DNA of 40,229 nt from sequence record SRR22947727_323; one strand, written 5' to 3'. Position numbers and translations under genes: made by a program. Numbering within the stretch: the stretch's first letter is position 1; every line of letters starts with the position of its first letter. Positions 25,710 to 35,465 of this stretch are shown one piece after another. The notes under the pieces were generated by a model. That model was not told the origin of the DNA, ran no database searches, and saw only the letters and a program-made list of their open reading frames with translations.

Positions 25710-26561
25710 ATGAAAGTTTCGTTATTTACAGATTATGGTGCTCTTAATAGTCCCCCAATTTTTAAAGCATTTGCAGAAGGATGTTCTGAAAATGTTGTCT
25801 ATAACGATATGGATGCTGATGTAGCAGTCATATGGTCTATATTATTCACTGGAAGAATGAGAAAAAATAAATTAGTTTGGGATCATTTTACATCTCAAAA
25901 CAAACCAATAATAGTTATTGAAGTAGGAAGTATTTTTAGAGACAAAACATGGAGAGTTGGCATTGGAGGAATTAACAATTTAGCAAACTTTGCAAATAAA
26001 GAACACTTAGATATTGATAGAGTTGATAAATTTAATATAAGAGTTAAACCTTATGTAAAAGATGGAGAATTTATTACAATAGCAACTCAAAGACAAGACA
26101 GTTCGCAGTGGAAAGGCATGCCTTCTACAGAGGTATGGGTAAAAAATAACGTAGAAGAAATAAGAAAACATATAGACAAACCTATAGTAATAAGACCTCA
26201 TCCAAGAGATAAGGTAACAAATTATAAAAAAATATCAGATGAAATACCTGGATTATATTTTGATTTACCAAAGTCTACAGGATTGAGCGATTCAGTTAAT
26301 TTCAATGATATTTTAAAAAGATCTTGGTGTGTAGTTAACTATTCATCAGGACCAGCATTGGAGGCTGTTTTAGATGGAGTACATATTTTTACTGGAGCTG
26401 CTAGTATTGCTTATCCTCTATCTATACTTGACTGGAAAGATATCAAAAATCCGCCAAGAGTTGAAAGAACTCAGTGGCTTCATGAACTTGTACACACGGA
26501 GTGGTGGACAGATGAAATCAAAGAAGGAATTCCATGGAAAAGACTCCGACCTTATCTTTAA
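25710..26561 (+). CDS. GT-B glycosyltransferase-like protein, KpsC/KpsS (Capsule_synth)-like paralogue 1
   Basis: IATQRQD, PIVIRPHPRD, CVVNYSSGPALEAVLDGV: the Q..D, HP and S...EA...G motif order of the KpsC/KpsS family. Confidence 0.6.
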   Translation: MKVSLFTDYGALNSPPIFKAFAEGCSENVVYNDMDADVAVIWSILFTGRMRKNKLVWDHFTSQNKPIIVIEVGSIFRDKTWRVGIGGINNLANFANKEHLDIDRVDKFNIRVKPYVKDGEFITIATQRQDSSQWKGMPSTEVWVKNNVEEIRKHIDKPIVIRPHPRDKVTNYKKISDEIPGLYFDLPKSTGLSDSVNFNDILKRSWCVVNYSSGPALEAVLDGVHIFTGAASIAYPLSILDWKDIKNPPRVERTQWLHELVHTEWWTDEIKEGIPWKRLRPYL

Positions 26562-27352
26562 TCCAACCAAGACCATCACCAAAGATGGAAAGAATATACG
26601 CAGCCTTAGAACAAGGGTATCCAGGAGCAAAAATAAACGAACATAATACAGACATGTTTGTATTGTGGGGTCTAATTGGTAACAATTCAGATTATATGAT
26701 GAAAGATAGGTTTATTTTTTGCGATATGCCATATAGTGGAAGATATGATCCTAACAACGAAGATTGGGATAATACATATTGGAGATGGTGTTTTAATGGT
26801 TTACATGATAATAGAAAATTAGATGTACCTTCGGATAGATTTGAAGAATGGGGTCATGATATTGAATTTTTTGAATATGTTGACTATCATGATAAAATTG
26901 TAATTTGTCCTTCAAGCGAAACTATGACTCAATACATGCATGGAAAAAGTGTTGACAAATGGATCTTCGATGTTACAAAAGCACTTAGATGTCATACTAA
27001 TAGACCTATTGAAGTAAGAAAGAAACCTCGAGGTAATGGTACTAGTGGTCCTAGTGTTGCTGGTATAAATCAAATTAGTTTAGATTTGGCAAACGCACAT
27101 GCTGTTGTTGTAAGTGGTAGTATTGTAGCTATAGATGCTTTAAAGATAGGTGTTCCAGTTTTTAGTACTCATAGATGTGCACCATCAGCTTGGTGTACAA
27201 ATAGAGATTTCTCTAAGATAAATAAACCAGAATACTTTAACAGAGAAGAGTTGTTTTTTAATTTAGCTTATAAACAATATTCAATTAAAGAAATGCGCGA
27301 AGGTATATGTTATGAAAATTCAAATCGCTGGTTGCTCAGTAAAAGCCAGTAA
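26534..27352 (+). CDS. GT-B glycosyltransferase-like paralogue 2
   Basis: IVICPSS, PIEVRKKPR, AVVVSGSIVAIDALKIGVPVF; same C-terminal architecture, HP replaced by KP. Confidence 0.5.
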   Translation: MEKTPTLSLIQPRPSPKMERIYAALEQGYPGAKINEHNTDMFVLWGLIGNNSDYMMKDRFIFCDMPYSGRYDPNNEDWDNTYWRWCFNGLHDNRKLDVPSDRFEEWGHDIEFFEYVDYHDKIVICPSSETMTQYMHGKSVDKWIFDVTKALRCHTNRPIEVRKKPRGNGTSGPSVAGINQISLDLANAHAVVVSGSIVAIDALKIGVPVFSTHRCAPSAWCTNRDFSKINKPEYFNREELFFNLAYKQYSIKEMREGICYENSNRWLLSKSQ

Positions 27353-28268
27353 AAGAACACTACAAAATCCAATATTTTATGCTCTTAAAATGATACAAAG
27401 ATCATGTGAAGAATTGAATCATACAGTATTTTATAATGAAGACGATGAGGCATTAGATGTAGATGTAGCTTTTATGTTTGGTTCTGTTACTAAAAGAAAA
27501 ACTGGTACAGACAGAGCATTAATAAAGAAAAATTTAATCAATAAAAAAATTCCAACTTTTCATTTAGACACAGGTTTATTTTCTGTGTATATTAGAAATC
27601 ATTTAAATGTGAGTGAAACAGGAATGTTTAGATTAGGTATGAATGATTGTGTTGGTACTGGTGATTTTTTTAATAAAGATATGCCAGACGAGAGATACAA
27701 ATCATTTAAAGATAATTTCAATTTTATAGAAAAAGATCCTATAACAAACAAAGATGGTAATATATTATTTTTATTACAATCTGAGAAGGGGTGGCAGTAT
27801 AATGAAATACAACCTTTTTGGGAATATGCGAGGAATACCATTGAACACATTAGAAAGATTACTAAGAGAAACATTACAATCAGAGCACACCCATCTCCGG
27901 ATAGGAGAGGACCTGAAGCCATTGCAGAAGGTTTCGAAAACATCAAAATTGAATATGCTGAAAGATCTAGACGATCAGTTTTGGATTCGATCAATAAGTC
28001 TTTCGCTGTTGTTACACATAGTAGTAGCGCTGCTGTTGAATCAATTGTAGAAGGTATACCTACATTTGCTTTAGACGAAAGATGTATTGCTTACGATGCG
28101 TGTGAAAGTAACTTAGAATTGTTAGAAGATATTGAAAAATACAATTGGAACAATAGAATGAAAAATTTATACGGTTGGGCTTATACATCGTGGCATGTAA
28201 ATGAATTTGAAAACCCGGTTACTATACAATATTATTTACAGAAAGGAAAAACTCTTGGACACTTTTAG
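27312..28268 (+). CDS. GT-B glycosyltransferase-like protein, KpsC/KpsS-like paralogue 3
   Basis: ILFLLQ, ITIRAHPSP, AVVTHSSSAAVESIVEGIPTF. Confidence 0.6.
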   Translation: MKIQIAGCSVKASKRTLQNPIFYALKMIQRSCEELNHTVFYNEDDEALDVDVAFMFGSVTKRKTGTDRALIKKNLINKKIPTFHLDTGLFSVYIRNHLNVSETGMFRLGMNDCVGTGDFFNKDMPDERYKSFKDNFNFIEKDPITNKDGNILFLLQSEKGWQYNEIQPFWEYARNTIEHIRKITKRNITIRAHPSPDRRGPEAIAEGFENIKIEYAERSRRSVLDSINKSFAVVTHSSSAAVESIVEGIPTFALDERCIAYDACESNLELLEDIEKYNWNNRMKNLYGWAYTSWHVNEFENPVTIQYYLQKGKTLGHF

Positions 28269-29052
28269 TTTTTGTACAACATTTCACCAAGCAGGTTATG
28301 ATAGATATGGAAGAAATCATGTACACTATTTTGATCAAGCACTTCCAGAAGGTGTTCTACATTATGCATATGCACAAGAAACAAATGTAGATCTTAAACC
28401 TAAAAAAATTAAAATGTTAGATTTTGATAAAGAAGTGAAGGGCTATAAAGAATATAAAGAAAAATATTCTGGAAAGAAACCTAAAGATAAGCAATATAAA
28501 AGTTTTGAATACGAACATGTAAGATTTAGTCATAAAGTATATGCAGTACTAGCTCATTATGAAAATAGAAAAGACGATGCAAGATATGTAGGATGGATTG
28601 ACGGAGATGTAGTTCCTGTTAAAGCTATTCCACTAGAATTTTTTAACACACTTGTTAAAGAAGGATGTTTTATGTCTTTGCTTGAAAGAGGATACAAATA
28701 TGCTGAGTGTGGTTTTATGATATGGGATACAACTTTGTCTGAAACAAAAGAATACTTTAAACGTATTAGGGCTATGTATGATGAAGGTTTAATGTTTGAG
28801 AAATACAATGATCTCGGATGGCATGATAGTATTGTATGGGATCATGAAATGAGAGAAATGAGAGATGCAGGATTATGTAAAGCATATGATTTATCACAAC
28901 CAGCTAAAAATGCTAAAGTAAAAATAGATCAAACACAAGTAAGAAAGATGCATCCTTTTGTTAAAGGTATTTTAGGTGAGTATATGGATCACGTAAAAGG
29001 TAGACGTAAGGATGTAGGATTCTCAAAAGAAAGAGTACAAATATGGGGTTAG
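28255..29052 (+). CDS. GT-A fold nucleotide-diphospho-sugar transferase
   Basis: RFSHKVYA, WIDGDV (DxD), ECGFMIWD, WHDS, YMDHVKG.RK. Start placed at TTG 28255 after AAAGGA. Confidence 0.7.
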   Translation: MDTFSFCTTFHQAGYDRYGRNHVHYFDQALPEGVLHYAYAQETNVDLKPKKIKMLDFDKEVKGYKEYKEKYSGKKPKDKQYKSFEYEHVRFSHKVYAVLAHYENRKDDARYVGWIDGDVVPVKAIPLEFFNTLVKEGCFMSLLERGYKYAECGFMIWDTTLSETKEYFKRIRAMYDEGLMFEKYNDLGWHDSIVWDHEMREMRDAGLCKAYDLSQPAKNAKVKIDQTQVRKMHPFVKGILGEYMDHVKGRRKDVGFSKERVQIWG

Positions 29053-29828
29053 ATTATGCATTTTTAGATCCTAAACCTGCTAAACAAGTTATGCTTGGTA
29101 TGTTAACTCAAGAAAATGTAACATATCTTAAATGTGAAGATGACCCTAATTGGAACCCAACGTTTCCTGATGATATGGATAATTTATTTGTTACTGGAAC
29201 ATTAAGAGGTTGTGGAGCTGTATGTAGAGAGTCTGTAAGACAAAATAAAAATTGGTTTTATATGGATAATGGTTATGGTCCTTTTTGGAAAAGAGTTACG
29301 TTCAAAGGGACAGCGCCTACAAGATTATTAGATAGACCAAATGATAGAACACCACCGGAGCTAAGTGTGTTGCAACCTTGGAGGGAGAATAAATTGAATG
29401 CTAAAAACATTCTTATTCTTCCTCCATCGTTACCATATATGGATGCTTTCGAAGAGATAAATTGGCTCAATAAGTTAATACACTCAATCAATGAATTTAC
29501 AGGTAGAAATTTAGTTATAAGACCTAAACCTGCTAAAGGAAAAAAAGCTCCACCTTGGGAAGAACAACTAAGAGATGCTTATTGTGTAGTAAGTTTTGGT
29601 TCTAATTTAGCTGTAGATGCTATGATAAAAGGTGTTCCTACAATAAGTTTTAAGTACTGTCCAGCTTTCTTTGCTTCGTTTAAAATGGAAGATTTAGAAA
29701 CGGATAAATTGAATGTAGAACCAGATAGACAAAAAATAATTAACAATTGTATGTATCATTCATTTCATAAACACGAGTTTAATAATGGATTTGCATGGGA
29801 AACATCAATGGAGAATGCATATGGATAA
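29043..29828 (+). CDS. GT-B glycosyltransferase-like paralogue 4
   Basis: GTLRG, FYMDNGY, ILILPPS, LVIRPKP, CVVSFGSNLAVDAMIKGVPTI. Confidence 0.5.
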   Translation: MGLDYAFLDPKPAKQVMLGMLTQENVTYLKCEDDPNWNPTFPDDMDNLFVTGTLRGCGAVCRESVRQNKNWFYMDNGYGPFWKRVTFKGTAPTRLLDRPNDRTPPELSVLQPWRENKLNAKNILILPPSLPYMDAFEEINWLNKLIHSINEFTGRNLVIRPKPAKGKKAPPWEEQLRDAYCVVSFGSNLAVDAMIKGVPTISFKYCPAFFASFKMEDLETDKLNVEPDRQKIINNCMYHSFHKHEFNNGFAWETSMENAYG

Positions 29829-30483
29829 AAAGTTAAAAGTTTTTATTGGGTGGGATAGTAGAGAAGATATAGCTTATCAAGTTGCAAGATATTCAATATT
29901 AAAATATGATCCTAATATAGAAGTTGTACCTTTAAAATTATATGAATTGAGAGAACAAGGATGTTATTGGAGAGCAGGAGATAAAAAAGCTTCAACTGAG
30001 TTTACAATTAGTAGGTTTTTAGTTCCTTTCTTATCTGGTTATGAAGGTTATTCGTTGTTTATGGATTGTGATGTATTAGCTTTTGGAGATATGAAACACA
30101 TATTTAAAGAAATTAAAGGTGACCATGATGTGTGGTGTGTTAAACATGATTACAGTCCTAAATCCACTATGAAGATGGATGGGCAAATGCAACATATATA
30201 TCCTAAAAAGAATTGGTCTTCTGTTATGTTGTTTAACAACTCTAAGTGTGAAAAACTAACACCTAAATTAGTTAATGAAGAAACACCTATGTATTTGCAT
30301 AGAATGAATTGGGCAAATAGTATTGGAAGTTTAAAAAACAAATGGAATAGTCTAGCAGGTTATTACGAAGAAGATCCAATGTTAGTTCATTATACAGATG
30401 GAGGTCCATGGTTTGAAAAATATAGAGAATGTCCCTATAACAAGCAATGGAAAGACACTTTAAAGGAGATGTATGGATTATGA
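29821..30483 (+). CDS. GT-A glycosyltransferase (GT8-related)
   Basis: VFIGWDSREDIAYQVA..SI, STEFTISRFLVP, FMDCD, YPKKNWSSVMLFN, HYTDGGPW; GGAG RBS before ATG 29821. Confidence 0.85.
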   Translation: MDKKLKVFIGWDSREDIAYQVARYSILKYDPNIEVVPLKLYELREQGCYWRAGDKKASTEFTISRFLVPFLSGYEGYSLFMDCDVLAFGDMKHIFKEIKGDHDVWCVKHDYSPKSTMKMDGQMQHIYPKKNWSSVMLFNNSKCEKLTPKLVNEETPMYLHRMNWANSIGSLKNKWNSLAGYYEEDPMLVHYTDGGPWFEKYRECPYNKQWKDTLKEMYGL

Positions 30484-31115
30484 AAGCGTTTATAATACAA
30501 GTAGAAGGAATATTGCATAGTATGCATTCAGCTTTAGAAGCTCAAACGTCTTGTATGAAAAATGGTATAAGTGCAGAGATAGTAAATGGTTTTGTTCCAT
30601 CAAAAGCTGATCATGCTATTAAAGAATTAGGACTTAAACCTTATTCACCAGGTCCTAAACTTTACGAAATTAAAAATAGTAAACCTGGAGTAAGAGGATG
30701 CTTTATGTCTCATTTTTCTTTATGGGAACAATGTGCTAAACAAAACGAAAATTTTCTTATATTAGAACACGATGCTAGAATTGTTAAATCAATTCCTAAA
30801 GTAGTGTTTCAAGATGTTTTACATTTAGATGCATGGAGATTTGAACCTAATCCAGACTATGCAGAAAATGCACTAGAAGTAGAAGAATATTATGAAGTAA
30901 GAAAAGGTGTTAAGACTTCAAAAGGAGCTTATGCTTACATTGTAAAACCTCATGCAGCTAAAAAGTTAGTTGAATCTACTTTTAAACAAGGTTACACAGC
31001 CGCTGACATGCACATATCAGATAGATGTGGTGTTACAATAGAAAGAATACAACCAAGATGTGCAATAGTTAGCGATACAAAATCATTAACAAGCGATAGG
31101 GATTTTAATTTATGA
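30480..31115 (+). CDS. Glycosyltransferase family 25-like
   Basis: MKAFII, GCFMSHFSLW, LILEHDA, GAYAYIVKPHAAKKL, AAD. Confidence 0.8.
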   Translation: MKAFIIQVEGILHSMHSALEAQTSCMKNGISAEIVNGFVPSKADHAIKELGLKPYSPGPKLYEIKNSKPGVRGCFMSHFSLWEQCAKQNENFLILEHDARIVKSIPKVVFQDVLHLDAWRFEPNPDYAENALEVEEYYEVRKGVKTSKGAYAYIVKPHAAKKLVESTFKQGYTAADMHISDRCGVTIERIQPRCAIVSDTKSLTSDRDFNL

Positions 31116-31879
31116 AAATAGGAATAATATCTGGGGGATTTGACCCAATACATTCAGGACACATTGCTTATATAAAAGCAGCTAAACAACATTGTGATTT
31201 TTTACTTGTAGGAGTAAATTCTGACGATTGGCTAACAAGAAAAAAAGGTAGACCTTTTCTTCCTTTTGTGGAAAGAAAGATTATTTTGAAAGCTATGCAT
31301 GATGTAAACTATGCTACAAGTTTTGATGATACAGATGATTCAGCAATTGATATAATTTTAAGAGCAGCAGCTATGTTTCCAGATGGTGAACTTATTTTTA
31401 TGAATGGAGGAGATAGAACTAAACAGAACATTCCAGAGATGGAGTCTCCTTTGTTATCAGAATTTGATATTAATTTCAAATTTGGTATAGGTGGAAAAGA
31501 TAAGAAAAATGCTTCATCTAAAATTTTAGAAGATTTTAAAGCTCCTATAGTTGTTAGACCATGGGGATGGTATAGAGTATTAGATGAACAAAATGGTTGG
31601 GCAGTAAAAGAGCTGACAATTGAGCCTGGTAAAAGTTTAAGCGATCAAAGACACACTTGTAGATCAGAACATTGGCATGTTGTTGAAGGAAATGTAACAA
31701 TAGATTTAGAATACTCTAACAGTGATAAATTAACAGAAAATTTTCATGTTAAACAAAGTGCTGACATTCCTAGATTAACTTGGCATAAAGCTTACAACGA
31801 AGGAAAAAAACCAGCTAAAATTATTGAGACTTGGTTTGGTACTGAGCTAAACGAAGAAGATATTGAGAGGAGACCATAA
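31112..31879 (+). CDS. Cytidylyltransferase-like (HIGH) domain fused to a mannose-6-P-isomerase-type cupin
   Basis: SGGFDPIHSGH, VGVNSD.WL.RKKG, NGGDR; C-terminal RPWGWY..L, LSDQRH..RSEHWHVVEG, WH. Confidence 0.85.
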   Translation: MKIGIISGGFDPIHSGHIAYIKAAKQHCDFLLVGVNSDDWLTRKKGRPFLPFVERKIILKAMHDVNYATSFDDTDDSAIDIILRAAAMFPDGELIFMNGGDRTKQNIPEMESPLLSEFDINFKFGIGGKDKKNASSKILEDFKAPIVVRPWGWYRVLDEQNGWAVKELTIEPGKSLSDQRHTCRSEHWHVVEGNVTIDLEYSNSDKLTENFHVKQSADIPRLTWHKAYNEGKKPAKIIETWFGTELNEEDIERRP

Positions 31880-32289
31880 TGTTTGAATACAAATGTAAAT
31901 TATTGAGAGTTGTGGACGGAGATACAATTGATGTTGATATTGATTTAGGATTTGGTGTATGGATGAGGAAACAAAGAATAAGAATGTATGGAATTGATTC
32001 ACCAGAATCTAGGACAAGTGATCAAGAAGAAAAAAAATATGGCTTGGCTTCTAAAAATTTTCTCAAAGGAATGTGTGACGATGAACAAGGCCTTATTATA
32101 AAAACCAAAAAAGACGGAAAAGGAAAGTTTGGAAGAATTTTAGGTGAAATGTGGAGAATAACAAACTTTGCGGATAAATCTATTAACCAATATTGTATTG
32201 ATAAACACCACGCTGTTGCTTATTTTGGACAATCAAAAATAGATATAGAAGAACAACATTTAAAAAATAGAGAGTTAGTAACTTTATGA
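31879..32289 (+). CDS. Thermonuclease (SNase-like) family protein
   Basis: RVVDGDTIDVDIDLGF, RIRMYGIDSPESRT, GKFGRILG. Confidence 0.85.
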   Translation: MFEYKCKLLRVVDGDTIDVDIDLGFGVWMRKQRIRMYGIDSPESRTSDQEEKKYGLASKNFLKGMCDDEQGLIIKTKKDGKGKFGRILGEMWRITNFADKSINQYCIDKHHAVAYFGQSKIDIEEQHLKNRELVTL

Positions 32290-33083
32290 TAGATACACTT
32301 ATAATAGGACCATGTCAACATGAAAATTTAGACCATTCAAAAAAATTGATAGAATTAATTTTGAATGCAACAACTAATAAAGTAGAAAAATTATATTACA
32401 AAGCATCGTTTGACAAAGCTAATAGAAGTTCAATGAGCGGAAAAAGAGGTGTTGGTATTGAAGAAACATTATTAGATTTTCAAGCTTTAAAATTAATTTA
32501 TCCAAACTTGATGTTTCTTACTGATGTACATGAAATTAATCACATAATTGATATTGAAAACAGTGGTGTTGTAGATGTTATACAAATACCTGCTTTTTTA
32601 TGTAGACAAACAGATCTTGTACAAAGAGCTTGTCAGAGTGACATGATAGTTAATATTAAAAAAGGACAATTTCTAGCTCCTTGGGATATGAAAGGTATAC
32701 TGTCAAAAACAGACGGTGCTAACGATGTTTGGATAACCGAAAGAGGAACATCTTTTGGTTACAATACGTTAGTAAATGATTTTACTGGAATGCAATATAT
32801 CATGGACAACTTTGATAATAAATTTGTATATGATGTTACTCATAGCGTTCAAAAACCAGGAGGCTTAGGTACAAGTTCAGGTGGCAATAGAGATTATGTT
32901 CCAAGATTAGCTTATGCATCTGCTGCAATGGGTGTAGATAGTTTTTTTATGGAAGTACATGATGATCCTGACAACGCACCAAGTGATGGGCCTAATATGA
33001 TACATGTTGATTCATTACCTGAAGTAATTAATAATTTAAATTCTTTCGTAGAAACGAGTGTAGTATGTCAAACGTATGGTTAG
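32286..33083 (+). CDS. kdsA: 3-deoxy-D-manno-octulosonate 8-phosphate (Kdo8P) synthase
   Basis: GPC, KASFDKANRSS, TDVHE, QIPAFLCRQTDL, NIKKGQFLAP, ERGTSFGY, DVTHSVQ, EVHDDP..APSDGPN. Confidence 0.95.
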   Translation: MIDTLIIGPCQHENLDHSKKLIELILNATTNKVEKLYYKASFDKANRSSMSGKRGVGIEETLLDFQALKLIYPNLMFLTDVHEINHIIDIENSGVVDVIQIPAFLCRQTDLVQRACQSDMIVNIKKGQFLAPWDMKGILSKTDGANDVWITERGTSFGYNTLVNDFTGMQYIMDNFDNKFVYDVTHSVQKPGGLGTSSGGNRDYVPRLAYASAAMGVDSFFMEVHDDPDNAPSDGPNMIHVDSLPEVINNLNSFVETSVVCQTYG

Positions 33084-33577
33084 GATCTTGGTTACAATGT
33101 AAACCTTATATTACAAATTTTAACACAGCAATAGACATAGGTTATAGAAGAGGTGAATTTGCTCAATATCTTTTACCAGAATTTAAAAAGGTAATTGGTT
33201 TTGAATTTAGATTTCCAAGAAATATGTCACTAGAAAATTTAGAAGTTTACAATCATGCAATAGGTGATGAAAACACAACAAGATTCACTTCAAGCAAAGC
33301 AGGAAGAATAAAAGGATCTGGACCTAGAGAAGTTATTATTAAAAAATTAGATAGTTTCAACTATAATAATATAGGATTTATTAAAATAGATGTAGAAGGA
33401 TACGAACCTAAAGTTCTTCAAGGAGCTAAAGAAACAATTGATAGATGTAATCCAGTTATATGTTGTGAAATTAATAGAGAAGATAACAACTCACAAGAAA
33501 TTCTTGAAAGTTGGGGTTACGTATTAAAAGAAATAGACAAACTACAAGGTCATGATTATATATTTGTAAGGAGTTAA
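33065..33577 (+). CDS. FkbM-family methyltransferase
   Basis: AIDIG, KKLDSF, FIKIDVEGYE..VLQGA..TI....PVI..E. Confidence 0.85.
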   Translation: MSNVWLGSWLQCKPYITNFNTAIDIGYRRGEFAQYLLPEFKKVIGFEFRFPRNMSLENLEVYNHAIGDENTTRFTSSKAGRIKGSGPREVIIKKLDSFNYNNIGFIKIDVEGYEPKVLQGAKETIDRCNPVICCEINREDNNSQEILESWGYVLKEIDKLQGHDYIFVRS

Positions 33578-33578
33578 C

Positions 33579-33929
33579 ATGAAAGCAGGAAAAATATGGG
33601 GACAAACAGAACTTATACACGCTAATGGAGTTCTTGAGTTTCATAGAATAGAATACAAAACAGGGTTCAAATGTTCAGAACACGAACATAAATATAAATG
33701 GAATGGCTTCTTTGTTGAGTCAGGAAAGATGATTGTTCGTGTGTGGCAAGATGGAGAACAAAAGGGTTTAGTTGATGAAACTATTCTTGGACCAGGAGAT
33801 TTTACTCAAGTAAAACCTGGAAAAATACATCAGTTTGAAGGACTTGAAGATGGTGTAGCTTTTGAATTGTATTGGGCAGAATTCAACCACGACGACATAG
33901 TGAGAAGAACTATTGGAACATCAACGTAA
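33579..33929 (+). CDS. Cupin-fold protein, possibly a sugar isomerase/epimerase
   Basis: GKIWG.T, CSEHEH..KWNGFFVESG, LGPGD...VKPG.IHQF, FELYW. Confidence 0.75.
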   Translation: MKAGKIWGQTELIHANGVLEFHRIEYKTGFKCSEHEHKYKWNGFFVESGKMIVRVWQDGEQKGLVDETILGPGDFTQVKPGKIHQFEGLEDGVAFELYWAEFNHDDIVRRTIGTST

Positions 33930-34122
33930 AAAAGCTTTTATTACAGGAGTTTTAAAACGAATAAATATAACTAATAAAGCTAAAAAAATTATTGGTGATT
34001 GTACAGCGAAATTATCAAGAGACAACAAGATAACAAATAGAGACGAACTTGTTATGCAATGGGCAAGAGAACATTTAATACCTATGGAGCGAGAAAAAAT
34101 TGAACAAGCAATCAGTAGATAA
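33913..34122 (+). CDS. Hypothetical protein
   Basis: 69-aa ORF with TTG start filling the gap between neighbouring genes with short overlaps. Confidence 0.45.
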   Translation: MEHQRKKAFITGVLKRINITNKAKKIIGDCTAKLSRDNKITNRDELVMQWAREHLIPMEREKIEQAISR

Positions 34123-34774
34123 AGATTTATTAGAAAAAATTAGAGAGACAACATATATACAAAATGCAACAGGTCATGATCATGAAGAATTTAATTATGA
34201 TAAAATGGAAGAAATATTTGAAGACATTTACAAAACAAATAGGTGGAGAAAAGCAGATGGAGCTGGATCTGGTTCAATTCCAGAGAATGCACAAATTTGG
34301 TTAAAGATATTATTTCAACATGTGAATAAATTTAACATTGAAGAAGTTCATGATTTTGGATGTGGTCCTTATTTTTTATACAAAGATTTACAATGGCCTC
34401 AAAGTTTAAGATACAAAGGTTTTGATATAAGCGATACTGCTCTAGAACGAGCCGATTTAAACTGCACTAATCCAAAAGCTAAGTTTGAAAAAATTGAACA
34501 TTTTAATAACCTTCCAGGAGGAGGTGCTCATACTATGTTAATAATAAAAGAAGTGTTACAACATTGGCCTGATAATATAAGAATTGAATTTTTAGATGCA
34601 GTTAGGAAAAAATACAAATGGGTATTGATTCAAGGCGCCTCAAATTGTACTGTACCTCCATCGTATAAAGATTGTCTTGTTATGTTTAAATCTTATCAGC
34701 ATGAAATGAATGCTAACAGTGAAGTAGGAATTTGGAAATTTAATAATGACCCTGAAGACAGTTTACTTACATAG
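34100..34774 (+). CDS. Class I SAM-dependent methyltransferase
   Basis: FEDIY..N.W....GSGS, DFGCG, YKGFDIS, KEVLQHW. Confidence 0.75.
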   Translation: MNKQSVDKDLLEKIRETTYIQNATGHDHEEFNYDKMEEIFEDIYKTNRWRKADGAGSGSIPENAQIWLKILFQHVNKFNIEEVHDFGCGPYFLYKDLQWPQSLRYKGFDISDTALERADLNCTNPKAKFEKIEHFNNLPGGGAHTMLIIKEVLQHWPDNIRIEFLDAVRKKYKWVLIQGASNCTVPPSYKDCLVMFKSYQHEMNANSEVGIWKFNNDPEDSLLT

Positions 34775-35465
34775 AAAAGATAAATCAAATCCTGGCGATT
34801 GGTTTAGCTCACCTTATCATTATCATCCTGAAGATTCAAAATCTATAAAAATATTTGACTTAACAGATAAAATTCCAAATGGTATTGAATGTAATAAATT
34901 TATTGTTGGTGGCGGTGGAATTATTTCAAGCGATGGCTGGGTCAATACTATATGGGAATGGTCAAAAAAAATCAAAGCTAAAAAAAAAATAATTTGGGGA
35001 GCTGGTTTAGATGAAGAATATTTTAACCACCCGTTATTTTTAAATTTTGATTTAGTTGGTATAAGACAAACAAATACACCTTATCAATTTGTTCCATGTG
35101 TATCATGTTTAAATAAAATTTTTGATAGTCCAAAAGCTAATAAAAATATTGCTCCTTTAGCTAAAGGAAAATTGTTAAAAGTTGGTGGTGGTAAAACTAC
35201 TAAAAGACACATTAAAGGCCAACACATGAATAACATGGCAAAACTTGACTATGTTGTTAATCAAATAAAACATCATAATCAAATACTAACTGCATCATAC
35301 CATGTTTGGTATTGGGGACAGCTTTTAAAAAAAGATGTAAAAATTGATTATGAAACAGAATTTAGAAAACCATTAAAAGAAAAATTTTTCACATTACCTA
35401 ATATAATAAGTTTAGAACATTGTAGAAAATTAAACTATGAATTTGCGAGTAAAGTATGGCTATAG
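34746..35465 (+). CDS. Polysaccharide pyruvyltransferase-like protein
   Basis: NPGD, IVGGGGII, IIWGAG, VGIR, TASYH motif order as in the PS pyruvyltransferase family. Confidence 0.6.
   Translation: MTLKTVYLHRKDKSNPGDWFSSPYHYHPEDSKSIKIFDLTDKIPNGIECNKFIVGGGGIISSDGWVNTIWEWSKKIKAKKKIIWGAGLDEEYFNHPLFLNFDLVGIRQTNTPYQFVPCVSCLNKIFDSPKANKNIAPLAKGKLLKVGGGKTTKRHIKGQHMNNMAKLDYVVNQIKHHNQILTASYHVWYWGQLLKKDVKIDYETEFRKPLKEKFFTLPNIISLEHCRKLNYEFASKVWL

Noticed and set aside
31112-31879. Nucleotidyltransferase as CMP-Kdo synthetase (kdsB)
   Set aside because: It has an HxGH (HIGH-type) motif, a different fold from KdsB; no kdsB is visible in this window.
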